DNA of 63,213 nt, filler included, from Pelomyxa schiedti (Eukaryota > Protista > Evosea): the NCBI GenBank assembly GCA_020536535.1. It is 7 parts of 7 records of this genome, joined end to end, with 100 filler letters (N's around TTAATTAATTAA, not from the genome) between each part and the next. Parts side by side here need not be neighbours in the genome. Positions count along the whole stretch, not along the records: positions 1 to 29,643 come from JAHLWZ010000483.1; 6 more parts are not named here. One strand, written 5' to 3'. Both the position numbers and the translations under genes were made by a program. Below the pieces are notes generated by a model. It was not told where the DNA came from and did not search any database. It was given only the letters and a program-made list of their open reading frames with translations. Positions 1 to 11,657 of the stretch are shown piece by piece; the stretch's first letter is position 1, and each line of letters starts with the position of its first letter.

Positions 1-180
1 CTGGCGGACGAGTGTCGGTTGGTCGGCGAGGAGGCGCGCCGGGCTGCTGGCTCCGCATCGCCGATGCAGCGCGGTCGCCAGGGCCAGGAATTGACTGCGA
101 GCACTCAGGTGAACAACAATAACGGGGTCGTTGCTACTTGTTGCATGTTTGATGATGCCGATGGAGCCTCCTTCCGTCAT
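1..180 (-). CDS. 5' end of lineage-specific tandem paralogue (copy 1), runs off the window
   Basis: ATG at 178-180 (MTEGGSIGIIKH...); near-identical to 682-840, with the same N-terminal LHRRCGASSPARLLADQPTLVRQ motif as 1005-2288. Confidence 0.7.
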   Translation of the reverse strand, partial: MTEGGSIGIIKHATSSNDPVIVVHLSARSQFLALATALHRRCGASSPARLLADQPTLVRQ

Positions 181-348
181 GGTTGGTAATTCGCCTAAAG
201 ACAAACATGTGATTTTTGCCTTCTCAACGGAAGTACTCTCCACATAACAAACAAGCCCCAACAAGTATTACTTGGTCTGTTTTAGCTCGTTCGTTGAAGT
301 GGAGTGCTGATGTTCCCTACATTTATGTGTAAATCAATGTTGTGGGTT

Positions 349-840
349 TCATACAACAAACCCAAAAATTCGCTGCATCGACTTGGGTGGGAGATTGGTG
401 AGGGAGATAATGAGATTTCCAGTTGAGGCATCAGTCACATTGATGGCTGTTCCATCCTTTGAGGAGTGGAACAGGAACCCACACTCCGCTGTGGCGACCT
501 TGGCGCTCCCAAGTGGGAAGCTCCTCAGGTGAACTGCTGTGATGCCACTGGAGACTACCCACAGCTGGTACTCGGTTGGTANNNNNNNNNNNNNNNNNNN
601 NNNNNNNNNNNNNNNNNNNNNNNNNNNNNNNNNNNNNNNNNNNNNNNNNNNNNNNNNNNNNNNNNNNNNNNNNNNNNNNNNCTGGCGGACGAGTGTCGGT
701 TGGTCGGCGAGGAGGCGCGCCGGGCTGCTGGCTCCGCATCGCCGATGCAGCGCGGTCGCCAGGGCCAGGAATTGACTGCGAGCACTCAGGTGAACAACAA
801 TAGCATGTTTGATGATGCCGATGGAGCCTCCTTCCGTCAT
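349..840 (-). CDS. lineage-specific tandem paralogue (copy 2), body collapsed in a 100-N gap
   Basis: N-terminus MTEGG...PTLVRQ at 682-840 and C-terminus PTEYQLW...IFGFVV at 349-581; the C-terminus is nearly identical to that of 1005-2288. Confidence 0.75.
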   Translation of the reverse strand: MTEGGSIGIIKHAIVVHLSARSQFLALATALHRRCGASSPARLLADQPTLVRQXXXXXXXXXXXXXXXXXXXXXXXXXXXXXXXXXXPTEYQLWVVSSGITAVHLRSFPLGSAKVATAECGFLFHSSKDGTAINVTDASTGNLIISLTNLPPKSMQRIFGFVV

Positions 841-1004
841 GGTTGGTAATTCGCCTAAAGACAAACATGTGATTTTTGCCTTCTCAACGGCAGTACTCTC
901 CACATAACAAACAAGCCCCAACAAGTATTACTTGGTCTGTTTTAGCTCGTTCGTTGAGGTGGAGTGCTGATGTTCCCTACATTTCTGTGTCAATGTTGTG
1001 GGTT

Positions 1005-2288
1005 TCATACAACAAACCCAAAAATTCGCGGCATCGACTTGGGTGGGAGATTGGTGATGGAGATAATGAGATTTCCAGTTGAGGCATCAGTCACATTGAT
1101 GGCTGTTCCATCCTTGGAGGAGTGGAACAGGAACCCACACTCCGCTGTGGCGACCTTGGCGCTCCCAAGTGGGAAGCTCCTCAGGTGAACTGCTGTGATG
1201 CCACTGGAGACTACCCACAGCTGGTACTCGGTTGGTAGTGACACACAGAATGTGGTTTCATTCAGTTGTGACAGGAGATATGCACGTTTGCTCAACTTCT
1301 TGAAATTTCCTGTGGTCTCTTCAACGATGAACAATTTCGAACTGAAACTGAAGCAGGACGATTCTGTAAGTACAATGAATGCCCTTGAAACCCTAGAGAA
1401 TGGATCTCTGGAAATTTTCCTGCTGTTGAAAACGAGGACTTTTTCAATTAAACCCAAGGCTGTGGGCTTCTTCCACTTTGTCTCACTCAACACCTTTGCA
1501 CCACCCCCAGAAAATGACTGAGCAACGTCAATCACCACAAAAACAGGGCCTCGAGTAACTACCAGTCCCTCATCCTGGTCACTTCCGTTGAAGAACAGGT
1601 GGAATGGCTCAACAGAATCCAAAGTAGAACAGCCATCACTAGTGTTTCCAATGTGCCTGCTAGCCCGATCCCAGATGGAGAAGATATCCAAGCCAGTCTT
1701 GCGCATGTCACCAACCAGCAGCCACTTGCTGTTTACAGCGTGAATTGAGTGCGAGCAGTCAGTGTGCCCAATGAGCTGTGATATCTTCTCACTCCCAGTA
1801 ACGGTCTGGATCCAGTAGCCAGTTCCCGGCAGTTCCCGGTGTGCTTCCACCACATGTACCTGTCTCTGTGCCGGTGCAGTACCGCCCCCAACACCCCCCG
1901 GTGAACAAGGACCCATGACACATGTACCACAGAGAGATGTATCATCAGTGGTCCACACATCACTGACACGAGTGGAGCCGGGAGCCACACCACCAAGTAT
2001 CCCACAGGCACTGAATGACACCAATGTGTTGTCTAGGGTGTACATGTCACTCCGCCGCCGTCGTAGTACAACACCCCACGTCCTGGAAGTTGTTGAGCGG
2101 CACAACCAGTCCCATAGTTGGCGGACGAGTGTCGGTTGGTCGGCGAGGAGGCGCGCCGGGCTGCTGCCACCGCATCGCCGATGAAGCGCTGTCTCCAGGG
2201 CGACCATTTGGTCGCCCGCACTCAGGTGAACCACAATTGTGGGCTTACTCGATGCCGAGCCATTGTCGCTGAAGTCGCAATCTGTCAT
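1005..2288 (-). CDS. lineage-specific 427-aa hypothetical protein (tandem copy 3), intronless
   Basis: long open ORF; N-terminal motif ALETALHRRCGGSSPARLLADQPTLVRQLWDW followed by a beta-rich, propeller-like C-terminal region. Confidence 0.8.
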   Translation of the reverse strand: MTDCDFSDNGSASSKPTIVVHLSAGDQMVALETALHRRCGGSSPARLLADQPTLVRQLWDWLCRSTTSRTWGVVLRRRRSDMYTLDNTLVSFSACGILGGVAPGSTRVSDVWTTDDTSLCGTCVMGPCSPGGVGGGTAPAQRQVHVVEAHRELPGTGYWIQTVTGSEKISQLIGHTDCSHSIHAVNSKWLLVGDMRKTGLDIFSIWDRASRHIGNTSDGCSTLDSVEPFHLFFNGSDQDEGLVVTRGPVFVVIDVAQSFSGGGAKVLSETKWKKPTALGLIEKVLVFNSRKISRDPFSRVSRAFIVLTESSCFSFSSKLFIVEETTGNFKKLSKRAYLLSQLNETTFCVSLPTEYQLWVVSSGITAVHLRSFPLGSAKVATAECGFLFHSSKDGTAINVTDASTGNLIISITNLPPKSMPRIFGFVV

Positions 2289-2374
2289 GTTATGTTGAAC
2301 TGGGACTTTTGATTAGCATTTATAGAGTTCAAAACCGCAACAGCCTATTAGAATGTCTTTGTTATTTTCCATAT

Positions 2375-2709
2375 TCAAAAGGTGCTGTCAAAATCTTTGA
2401 ACCAATTTTTATAGTGCCGTGCTGGAGGCAGTGCGATGGTGCTGGTAATATCACATACAGGGGTCATCTCCATCAGAACATGTGATTCTACATCGATGAT
2501 AGTGACGGTGCAGGGCCTCCGCAGTTTCCTGCACTGAATCAGGCCATTCCCAATAAACTGCACCTGTGAAAGGGGCGGTGCATGTATAGTGTGCTTCACA
2601 GTGTGGGGGTCATCCACCGAGAAAACTTCCCACACATTCTCACTAGTCTCAATTGCGAAGTGGTTGGAATCAACCTTTTCCACATTGCAGAACTGGTGCT
2701 TGAGAGTGA
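2375..2709 (-). CDS. C-terminal fragment of a hypothetical protein whose 5' part lies at 28858-29366
   Basis: open frame TLKHQFCNVEK...KDFDSTF*; 2589-2709 is identical to 28858-28978. Confidence 0.6.
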
Positions 2710-2834
2710 NNNNNNNNNNNNNNNNNNNNNNNNNNNNNNNNNNNNNNNNNNNNNNNNNNNNNNNNNNNNNNNNNNNNNNNNNNNNNNNNNNNNNNNNNNN
2801 NNNNNNNNNTGAAAATTGAGCAAACAATGTTTTA

Positions 2835-5800
2835 TTAGTACAGGAGGGGGGCTTTTTTAGCACCCACCAGTTCCCTGGTTTTTGCAGCCAGTTGTTCCAC
2901 ATTGACAAAGAAGAAGGGGTCCCTCTCCTGGGGTGATGTTGGTGGTGCTGTCACTGTGTGCGATCCCGAGGATGATTCACTGCTGAAAAGAGGTTCTTCT
3001 AGTGCATAGTATTGTTGTCGGGCTGTGGAATTATACTTGAGGTGAGTGGAACTGGATGGAATATGTTGATTAGAGCGGTACGGACCTGTAAAGAATGATG
3101 TGTCAGAGTCGTCTGTAAGGGAGTCACTGGGTACAAATGGAGGTGTTTGTAGAAGAAGTGTTCTCCAGTCTATGCCCTGGAAAAACGGGTGCTGCTTGAT
3201 TTCGTGTATTCCTTGGGTATAATGTGATCGCGCTTATCGGTATGGCTAAATTTACCTTTGGCTCCAAGCCGCTCTTCTGGTTTCACACACAGAAGCCTAT
3301 CAATAAGATTTCTGGCATCGGGAGAAATGGAAACACTGAAATCGGGTCCTTTGACAAGATTAATAGCTGGGATGAGTAAAAAGTATCTTACTTTTTGTAA
3401 GGATGTTTTCAAAAACGGCTTTTACTGTGTCCCCAGTAAATGGAGGAACACCAGTCAAAAATTCATATAAAACAACGCCGAGTGCCCTGATTCACGAAAT
3501 TAAGGGGGGGGTGGAATAGGGCATTACTCTCACCAATAATCAACTTCTGGTCCTGTGAAACAGTGAAACATGATGACAAAAACTGTTGGACGAACCATGT
3601 TTCATGCCAAGGAGAACTTCCGGAGCGAGGTAGTCTAACAGTGAATGTGATTGTTTGGAAGGTCAGAAGTTATTGGACCTGGAGTTCCGGGTGCACTTGG
3701 ATCGGTCTCAACTAATTCCATGCACCCAAGAGCAAGTTTGAACGATTGCTCTACGCCATAGTGAGTTATTGCAGGAGAACCAACGTACTTTTTTGGAGTC
3801 CATTTTGGGACAGTCCAAAATCTAATTTTGTAAGTACTCATAAGTTTTGAAGTACTGGCTGGTGCCTGTTAATTTGATATGCCCATTATTGTCAATAAGA
3901 ACGTTATCCGGTTTTAAATCTCTAAAAGGATAATGAGTGATATAATTTATTGAGGATAATGGGTACCTATGAATAATCCCCTCCTTGTGCAGGTACTTCA
4001 GAGCAAGTACTGAGTAAATAAATATTTATTTCAATTCTTGAGAGGAAGAGAGAATTCTGATGACTAACCTATTTCGGCAATATACATCCTTGCCATATCT
4101 TCGTCAAATACAGTGAACTCTTGTAAAAGGGAAAACAAATCCCCTCCAGGATAGTACTCCATAACAAAATATACATATTGCTACAGCTGTGAGAAATGGG
4201 GGAAAAAAGGGGGAGTATAACCTTAGATGAAAAGGAATAAAATAACTTGGCAACCTAACATAGTGTTAGGAAGGCCAGAAGTACTTGATACGCACGAATG
4301 GGTTTCCTGTCTTCTTTAGTATGTCCCTTTCTGTGTGCAAATTTGCAGGGTTTTTATTCGCCGCCTCTGATCTATTCAGGACCTGGGGTATTGTGGGTCA
4401 CCAGAGGGAGAGCATTACTATGTAAAGTAACTTTAATGCAGTAAATGTCCCCTGTTGTGCGCTTTCGTGCAAGAAAAACCTTTCCAAAGGCACCCTTTGT
4501 GAGGGGTTTCACAGCCTCAAAGTCTGAGATAGAAACTCGTGGCTACACACATAAGATGCCGCAAGAAATGTTGAATGTGTACAGGCATGGTATAAGAATT
4601 TGATCTGGACCTTGTTGTTCCCCTTGATGAGAGCAGTACTCCTGAAGAGTCTAAAGAAAATGCACTTGGAGAAATTGCTTGTGTGAGTTGGGCATATTGC
4701 TCGCAGGACTCTAATACATCTTTCTTCTTGAGAATCTGCTTGAGTTGTTGACAGTACCACAAACTAAAAATAAACTCACCAGGCGATGAATTACTTTAGT
4801 TGCATCAGGTGGAAAATGCTTTGTGTATCTAGAGTCAACCATGACTCGAGTCAACTGAACCTCTGCTTGCAATAGCATTGACAATTCGGTGCAGTCTATT
4901 GCTCTATTGAAGTAAGCCAATTTTTTTGGGATGGTGTCAAGAAACTTTTGTACGATATCTCTCACAGAAGTGATTAAATTCTTTTGGGAAGTTTCTGTAT
5001 CTGGCAATTCTGCGAGTTTTGTATTCAGGGCATCACATACCTTGTTTTCATTAAGATGAAGTGAAGGAAAAAACAAATACTTGTGCAAATTTTTCGTCAA
5101 TCGAGAGTGCTTTCATGTCCCCCTGATTGGCAATGGCACAAAATCTAGAGGAAGTCATTAACATCTTTCACAATCAACTATTGGCGGACACGCTATGCAT
5201 CTGCATGACTTTAACAGGTATCATTTGTTCACAAATTCTACACAGTAAGGTTTTTTCCGACCCTTCAACCTGCATGTAAAGTGTAAGAATTGTTAGGTTT
5301 CATGTCAGCATACCGGTACTACCGGTTGAGGGATATGGTTTGAGGATGAGAGCTGCAAATTCGGAATTTGCTAGGATAGCATTGTTAGTCACTTGGGGGG
5401 AAACAATTTTACTCCTACGGGAAATTTGGCCTTTCTGGAAGGATCACTGGTTGCTCGCAGGGGAGGAGATGCTGAGGGAGAGCTTGTGGGAGAAGCTTGT
5501 GGTAAGCTGAGTTTCGGCGGCACAGGGCTTGGTTGTGTCGCTTCTGCGAGTGTATTTCTATCAAAAATCTCCGACTTTTGTCTGTGACAAGCCCCAATTC
5601 GCTTTTAAAAATACTAATGAATTCAAATAATACTGCAGAAAAGGTACCTGGGGACGTGTCTTCTCTTGGAGTTGAGTGATTATCAAAACCAAATACATTA
5701 ATTTAACAGCCATGAGACGGCAATCCTCACTCAAGTCTGTCAACTTCCCCATAGTGTTGTATAATACTGCACTATGTGCGGAGGCAGGAATAGAATGTCC

Positions 5801-6919
5801 ATGCCATAAACTCTGCCTGCAGTCTTCTGCAAGCCTTCGAAGCATTTCCAGCACTTCCCTGCTGGTTTCTTCATCCACGCACTCACACGATCCTTCATTT
5901 GTGGCCCCTTCCTGTGCCGTATCTGAATTTTCGCCATCTTTTGGAGAGCTGTTCCAGAATTCACAACCAGGCTTGTGTGCCCGTGGAGTTGGCGTCGCAA
6001 TAACCTTGTCAACTTGTTCTAGATACTCGTCTAGCAGCGTGCAAATTGTGGAGGCATGGTGCTCGTTGAAACACCCGCGGGTGGCGCTCTGTAGTGATAT
6101 TCCCGATGACGACATGTTGAGCGATGAAGTCATAAACGAAGACGAATCAGCCAACATACTCATCGCCTCTGAAGATAGCTGCATCGAGGCAGACAGAGAA
6201 ACCTCTTGCAATGCAGTGTTCTGTGCCAGAGTTCCCCTCGATAAAGCCGAGGGGGAGGGAGGTGCCTTCCCAGGTGAACCAGTACTAGACACCGAATTGC
6301 TGGCAGTACCGCTGGCACAACCACTTCCACTCGCAACTGGCAGAGCCCCACCAGAAGGAGCGATAGTAGAAGAACCAGAACCAGAAGCCGTAGTAGCAGC
6401 AGTATCAGTAGAAGTAGGCGATTTGTTGTTGTTATTGTTATTGTTATTGTTGTGGTGCAAAAGTGATATTGCCTTGGCGTTATTGAGAGCGAATGCGGAC
6501 CTCAAAGGTGGTGCAGATGACATCAAATTCTGTCCAATTGCGAAACTCTCTGCCCTCTTAAACACCCTCCTTATAGGCTGAGGAGGAGTCGTTCCGGGAA
6601 TCGTGGGAGTCGCCGCCGTCGTGGTGGCGGCCGCAGCTTTGGTCGTCGCTCCCGACGACGATGTTTTCGGCGTCGGTTCAAGGGACGCGCCGGGGTTTGG
6701 TGTCAGCGGCGGCGGCGCGATGGGCATCGACGGCGGGGCTGGCGGGAGGCGCGGCGCGGTGGCGGTGGAGTGGGGTGGCGGGACGATTATGGGATGCAGT
6801 GGCGGAGGGGCGCCGGGGGGCGGCGACTGCGGGGGCGCCGGGGGCGCGACCGCGGCGGTACTTATGGGAGGTGGTTGTTGATGTTGTTGACTGTGGTGAT
6901 TGTGGTGATGATGGTGCAT
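2835..6919 (-). CDS. AGC kinase of the IRE/IREH1-Greatwall(MASTL)-Rim15 family, multi-exon, Pro/His/Ser-rich N-terminus
   Basis: exons translate to [88 protein letters not shown] and C-terminal [13 protein letters not shown]; stop at 2835-2837. Confidence 0.9.
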
Positions 6920-7599
6920 GGTGGATGTCGTAGTCAGTCGCGTGTCTCCTGAATCAACAATTTATTCAGTTGTTGACTGTTTTTATTCCGATTGGGGGTG
7001 AGTACGTTGATGTTCTCGCGGGCTGGGTGTACAATCCCATTGTCACTGAGGAGACTCTGGGAGAACCTCTTTTCATCTGCAAAGTTATCCATTCCGTTAG
7101 TGTACGGTGCTTTTTTCATCCGGGTTTCTTCCCACAATCAAGGTGATCCATCGTCAATGACCTCACAACCGAAACCACAAGTCGTGGTATTCAACCCCAT
7201 TCTCTCTCACTCACGTGCCAAATGCGGGGAATTATCGCAGTTGCGACTTCATTGGTTTTGGAAAAAGGGCAAGTTAACCTCCGCCATTAGGCCAGTGGAA
7301 CAAACATCAACTGGACGATGCGAAAGGCCTCATCACGGGTTTGCCATTCGCGGTTCGGAACAATTGTAACCTTCCTTTCGCCCGAAAGTGCAAGTTTCAC
7401 GGCAGCGAAATGTACGAAATTCCGTTTGTACGCAACTTCAAATTCACACAGGCAAAGTGGACGTCTTTTTTCTGTTATGCACCAAACACCCACAGCACAT
7501 CACTAACAGTAAAAAAAAACAAAACAAAACAGTGTATAGGTTACACTACACCGCACATAAGCCAACACAAACAAACATAATAGACAACAACAAAATAAA

Positions 7600-8735
7600 A
7601 TGGATAAAATGAACGTTGGAGGGGGGATTGGTGTTGCACCAGTGGCCTTGTTTTTTGCAGCACATGTTGATAGGACGAACACAAAGTACATGGATATGGG
7701 TGCCAGTAACATTGCACATTCCTCGCTTGGTGCTGTTCCTGTGTTGTTCTCGTCCATCGTGCCAAGTGACATCCCTTTGTTCGACTACCTATTAAGGTTT
7801 TTCCCTTTTTTTTTTTCTGTTACTGTGGCCTGTGCGGCTATTTACATTCTTCTTAGGTTCACACAACACCTGTACATACCACAACAATGCTGCGTTTTTT
7901 CTTGCATATTGGCACTTCGAGCGATGGAGAACGGGTTGCTTATAACCCACAACAATGTACACAGGATCATCCTTATCTCAATCCTCATTGCATCTAAGTA
8001 TGTAACACTCACTTTGAAAATTAATGCCCGCTATACATCGCGCTTTATACACTAGTAGTATAAAGTAGTATAGTGTAGTATAGTATTCTTATCGCTGATT
8101 TGTCTTGCAACAGGTTCTTGCTGGATGAATTTCAACATCACACCAAATTCGCTCTTGTTGGAGGAGTGACTGTTCACGAACTCAGAGCTTTGGAAGTAGC
8201 CTTTCTTAGGATCATCTCCTTCAACATATGGGTGGAACCCGATGAATTTAACAAGTTCAGACTACAACTATACTCATTCGCTTCATCCATTCTCCCCTCG
8301 CCGGTCGTAACACCAAACCCATTACCACAACACCAGCTCCATCAATTCACAACAGAGGCCCAAATTGGCCAAATGCAACATGCAATCGAGCAAGAGAATT
8401 CCAGGCTGCAGCTGCTTTTAGCACTGGCTCAGCAACAAACTGCATATCATTCATCACAATTCCAAATCCGGCCAAACAATAGCAACCAACACCAACAGCA
8501 AACCACACCACAGTGGCAAACCGTTAATATTACATACAATCACGGCTGGGAAGTTCCATCCTACAAAATCACTATCACCGCACCAGTTTGCACTGAGAAC
8601 CAGCAGTGCGGATACAACGCATCAATGCGTTGTTCCACAGATAACGCTGGAGTCAGTGTTATGTGGCCACAGCACCATCAGATAGGCTTTGTGCCGAATC
8701 CTATGCACCAGTCTGTAAAGTGGTCCTGTGGCTGA
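7600..8735 (+). CDS. PHO80/cyclin-U (cyclin P)-type cyclin with Gln-rich C-terminal tail
   Basis: IPLFDYLLR, ITHNNVHRIILISILIASKF, FALVGGVTVHELRALEVAFLRIISFNIWV; GT-AG introns at 7797-7856 and 7998-8113. Confidence 0.88.
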
Positions 8736-8919
8736 GCTTCCAATGTGGAGAGCTATGATATTGATTTGTGGATTATAGTGAGTGTTGTAAAACAAAACCA
8801 TAAATAACAACCGATAAAAGAGAAATAATTTTTGCATAACAAACAAAAGACCTTTTTTCTTCTTCCCGGAATTTCCAACTATTATTTACATGTACCCGGT
8901 ACGGTGTACCTACTCCTTC

Positions 8920-11504
8920 TTACACGTCTTCGTTAGAGATAATCACGTGCCCATTTCCCCTCGCGCTGCCGTGCATCCTTGTGTTGGGCGACCACCTCCA
9001 GAAAGATCCCCCTCCGCCGCCCCCGCCGCCCCCGCCCACCAGCCTCGCCCCTGGGCCTCCCCCGCTGAACCCGCCCCCGCCTCCCCCGCAGCACTCGTCC
9101 GCGAGGCTCCCCCCGCCGCCGCCGCCAAACCCCCCGGTGGCGATGGTCCCCCCCGAGCAGTCCGGGGCGCCCCCTCCGCCGTGGCCCCCGTTCAGCGGGG
9201 AGATTCCGCTGGCGCTGCCCCCCATCCCGTTGGTCAGCCACCCTGCCCCGGCCCCCGCCTCTCCCCACAGGTATCTGACCTGCAGTTCCGCGCATGTGCC
9301 CAGGGGGGTGATGGTGTCCCTGGGGATGCTGTTGCTGGTGTTATCCCCCCCCTCGCCACTGGCGCCGCCGTGGCCATGCACACCTCCACCGCTGAGCAGG
9401 GAGGTCCCGTGTGTGCCGTTGGGCGATAGGCTGGCATGCATGCCGTTGGAGTGCTGGCCGGCGCCACCTCCGCCTCCTGCACATAGGAGGACCTTGCCGT
9501 TGGTGTTCCAGTATGTGGACCTCCAGGGTTCGGGATTGGGGCTCAGAACCACTCCTGACTCCCATACAAATGTGCCACCTCCACCTCCTCCAGTCCTCTG
9601 GCTGGAGCCACCTTGCTGCCCAACTAGGATATTGAGCACTTTGCCCTCATCCATTTGCAGTACAACTGAAACCACTGCTCCCACGCCACCTGTGGTGCTG
9701 TATGAATTTCCCCCACTGGCTCCAACTGCTGTGATTTTCCAGGTGCTGCTTATTGGAACTGTCCACTGCTGGATTCCTCTTGCAAGCCTCACATTCGATT
9801 GCAGTGGCTCTTTGTAGTCAACTAGTGTTGGAGGAACTTGTTGAACCCCGTTGCAACAAGTGAACGTGAAGGAGTGCACTTCCCTTTCCGGTGTTCTGGG
9901 AACCTGAATGAGCTCTGGTATTGGTTTTGGTACTACTGGACATGTAGGTAGTCTTCTCTTGGTTCTTTGTGGAGGAGGTGGTGGAGGCGGTGGAGGGGGT
10001 GGAATGGGTGATGAAATGAGGGACATTTGCCTAATGGATTCCAGCAGGGAAGGGTTTCCGGGCCAGCTAATCTGAGGAAAATGACTGGGCCCAATGGCAG
10101 ACAGGTCAACACTCTCTGTGCACATTGAATTGAGGATTCCGGTGAGTTGTTCCAGCTTTTCTCGGCTTCGGAGGAAAACTGGTACGTGCGGTACAGAGGC
10201 AGATGCTGATGCAGAAGCAGCAGTAAAACCCGCTCCAGAGGGAGAAAAGGAGGAATTGTATGCACATTGGAGGTACTCCTGCAAGAACTTTGTGGAAGCA
10301 GAGTGTAGGCCAGCTCCTTTGCATACATAATCCCTCTGGGTCTGTAATTCCGTTAGTAAGTGCTTCCTTTTTTGCTGTGCCTCATCCATCAAGGTGTCAA
10401 AAAAAGAGGTTATATCTCTTTCAACTTGGTCATTGAGCCGTTGCCAACTTTGGGTTCTGTTGTCCAAGGAATCTAATGCAGAACTGACCTGATTCATAAA
10501 CAAGGTATAGACCTCGCGTGCAGATACAAGCTGCTTGATAATTCTATCATGTGCATCTGACAGAGATAAGCACTCGCGAAGGTGGTCTCTGTGCTTTCCG
10601 AACTGAGTACATGAAGGGCATATGAGAGCTTTGCAGTTGCCGCAATAAAGAGTCAGTTGTTGAGAGTGTTCTTGGCATGTAAAGCTCTTTCCTACCTGGA
10701 AGTCGTTGAGGCTTTTCTTTGTATGACCACGCTGGAATGCAAATTTATGAGAGGCAGAGAAGCAATCTTCGCACAGCGGGGAATCGTTGCATTGACTACA
10801 GAAGAATGTAGCCTGTTTTCCACAATCACCGGCACACAGAGGATACTCCGTGCAAACGGTGGATTCCTCAGNNNNNNNNNNNNNNNNNNNNNNNNNNNNN
10901 NNNNNNNNNNNNNNNNNNNNNNNNNNNNNNNNNNNNNNNNNNNNNNNNNNNNNNNNNNNNNNNNNNNNNNNGAGGCAGAGAAGCAATCTTCGCACAGCGG
11001 GGAATCGTTGCATTGACTACAGAAGAATGTAGCCTGTTTTCCACAATCACCGGCACACAGAGGATACTCCGTGCAAACGGTGGATTCCTCAGGACATTGT
11101 GGGACAACAACAATACACCGCTTCATAGCCTCTTTCACAGCTTTGTCAACACACCTTTCTTGAGTGAGTGGATGAGCCAAAAAAAAAAAAAAATTCAAAA
11201 AAAGTCCCACACACGATGATGGTTCAGAAAAGTCCACATTGATGTTGATTACATCGCTGCACTTTGGGCACTTGACTCCCACAATGCAGGACCCGGAATT
11301 GCAGTCAGCGATTCCCCGTGCGGCAACAACCCAGCGGTGAGCCACAGCCACCCCGCAGTTGACGCACGACGTCATCCCACAACAGGGCCACGTCACCGCC
11401 TCAATGGCACCGCCGCCGCCGCCGCTGCCGGCACCGCGGCACACTCCACAACGCCACATTCCCTCCCTGTTAGCCTCGCCAACTGTACTGCTCGTTAATT
11501 GCAT
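8920..11504 (-). CDS. TRIM-like protein: RING-like, B-box 1, B-box 2, coiled coil, Pro linker, ALK/LTK-type glycine-rich domain
   Basis: CGVC..PCCG..CVNC..CPKC; CAGDCGKQATFFCSQC..CEDCFSASH; CQEHSQQLTLYCGNCKALICPSCTQFGKHRDH; FTCC..GIQQWTVPISSTWKITAVGASGG..VLNILVGQQGG..GGGGGGTFVW. The 121-bp duplication around the 10872-10971 gap indicates contiguity. Confidence 0.85.
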
Positions 11505-11657
11505 GTGCACACACAACGTACTGGGGTGATGGTGTTCTTTGCTTGTTGTTGTTGGTTGCTGTGGGACGAGGCGTCGGTTGGGCAACGACGAAATTTGTGA
11601 TCGAAAATGATGGGAACGAAAAGGAGGGTTGGGTGTGATGAGGTTTTTGTTTTAGTA

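Noticed and set aside
5676-6581. Long antisense ORFs (for example 5676-6581 +, 8981-9817 +, 45835-46578 +, 62148-63137 +)
   Set aside because: They are shadows of GC-rich or low-complexity coding sequence on the opposite strand.
10751-11092. Duplicated B-box exon (three B-boxes)
   Set aside because: An exact 121-bp repeat on both sides of a 100-N gap is a contig-overlap artefact.
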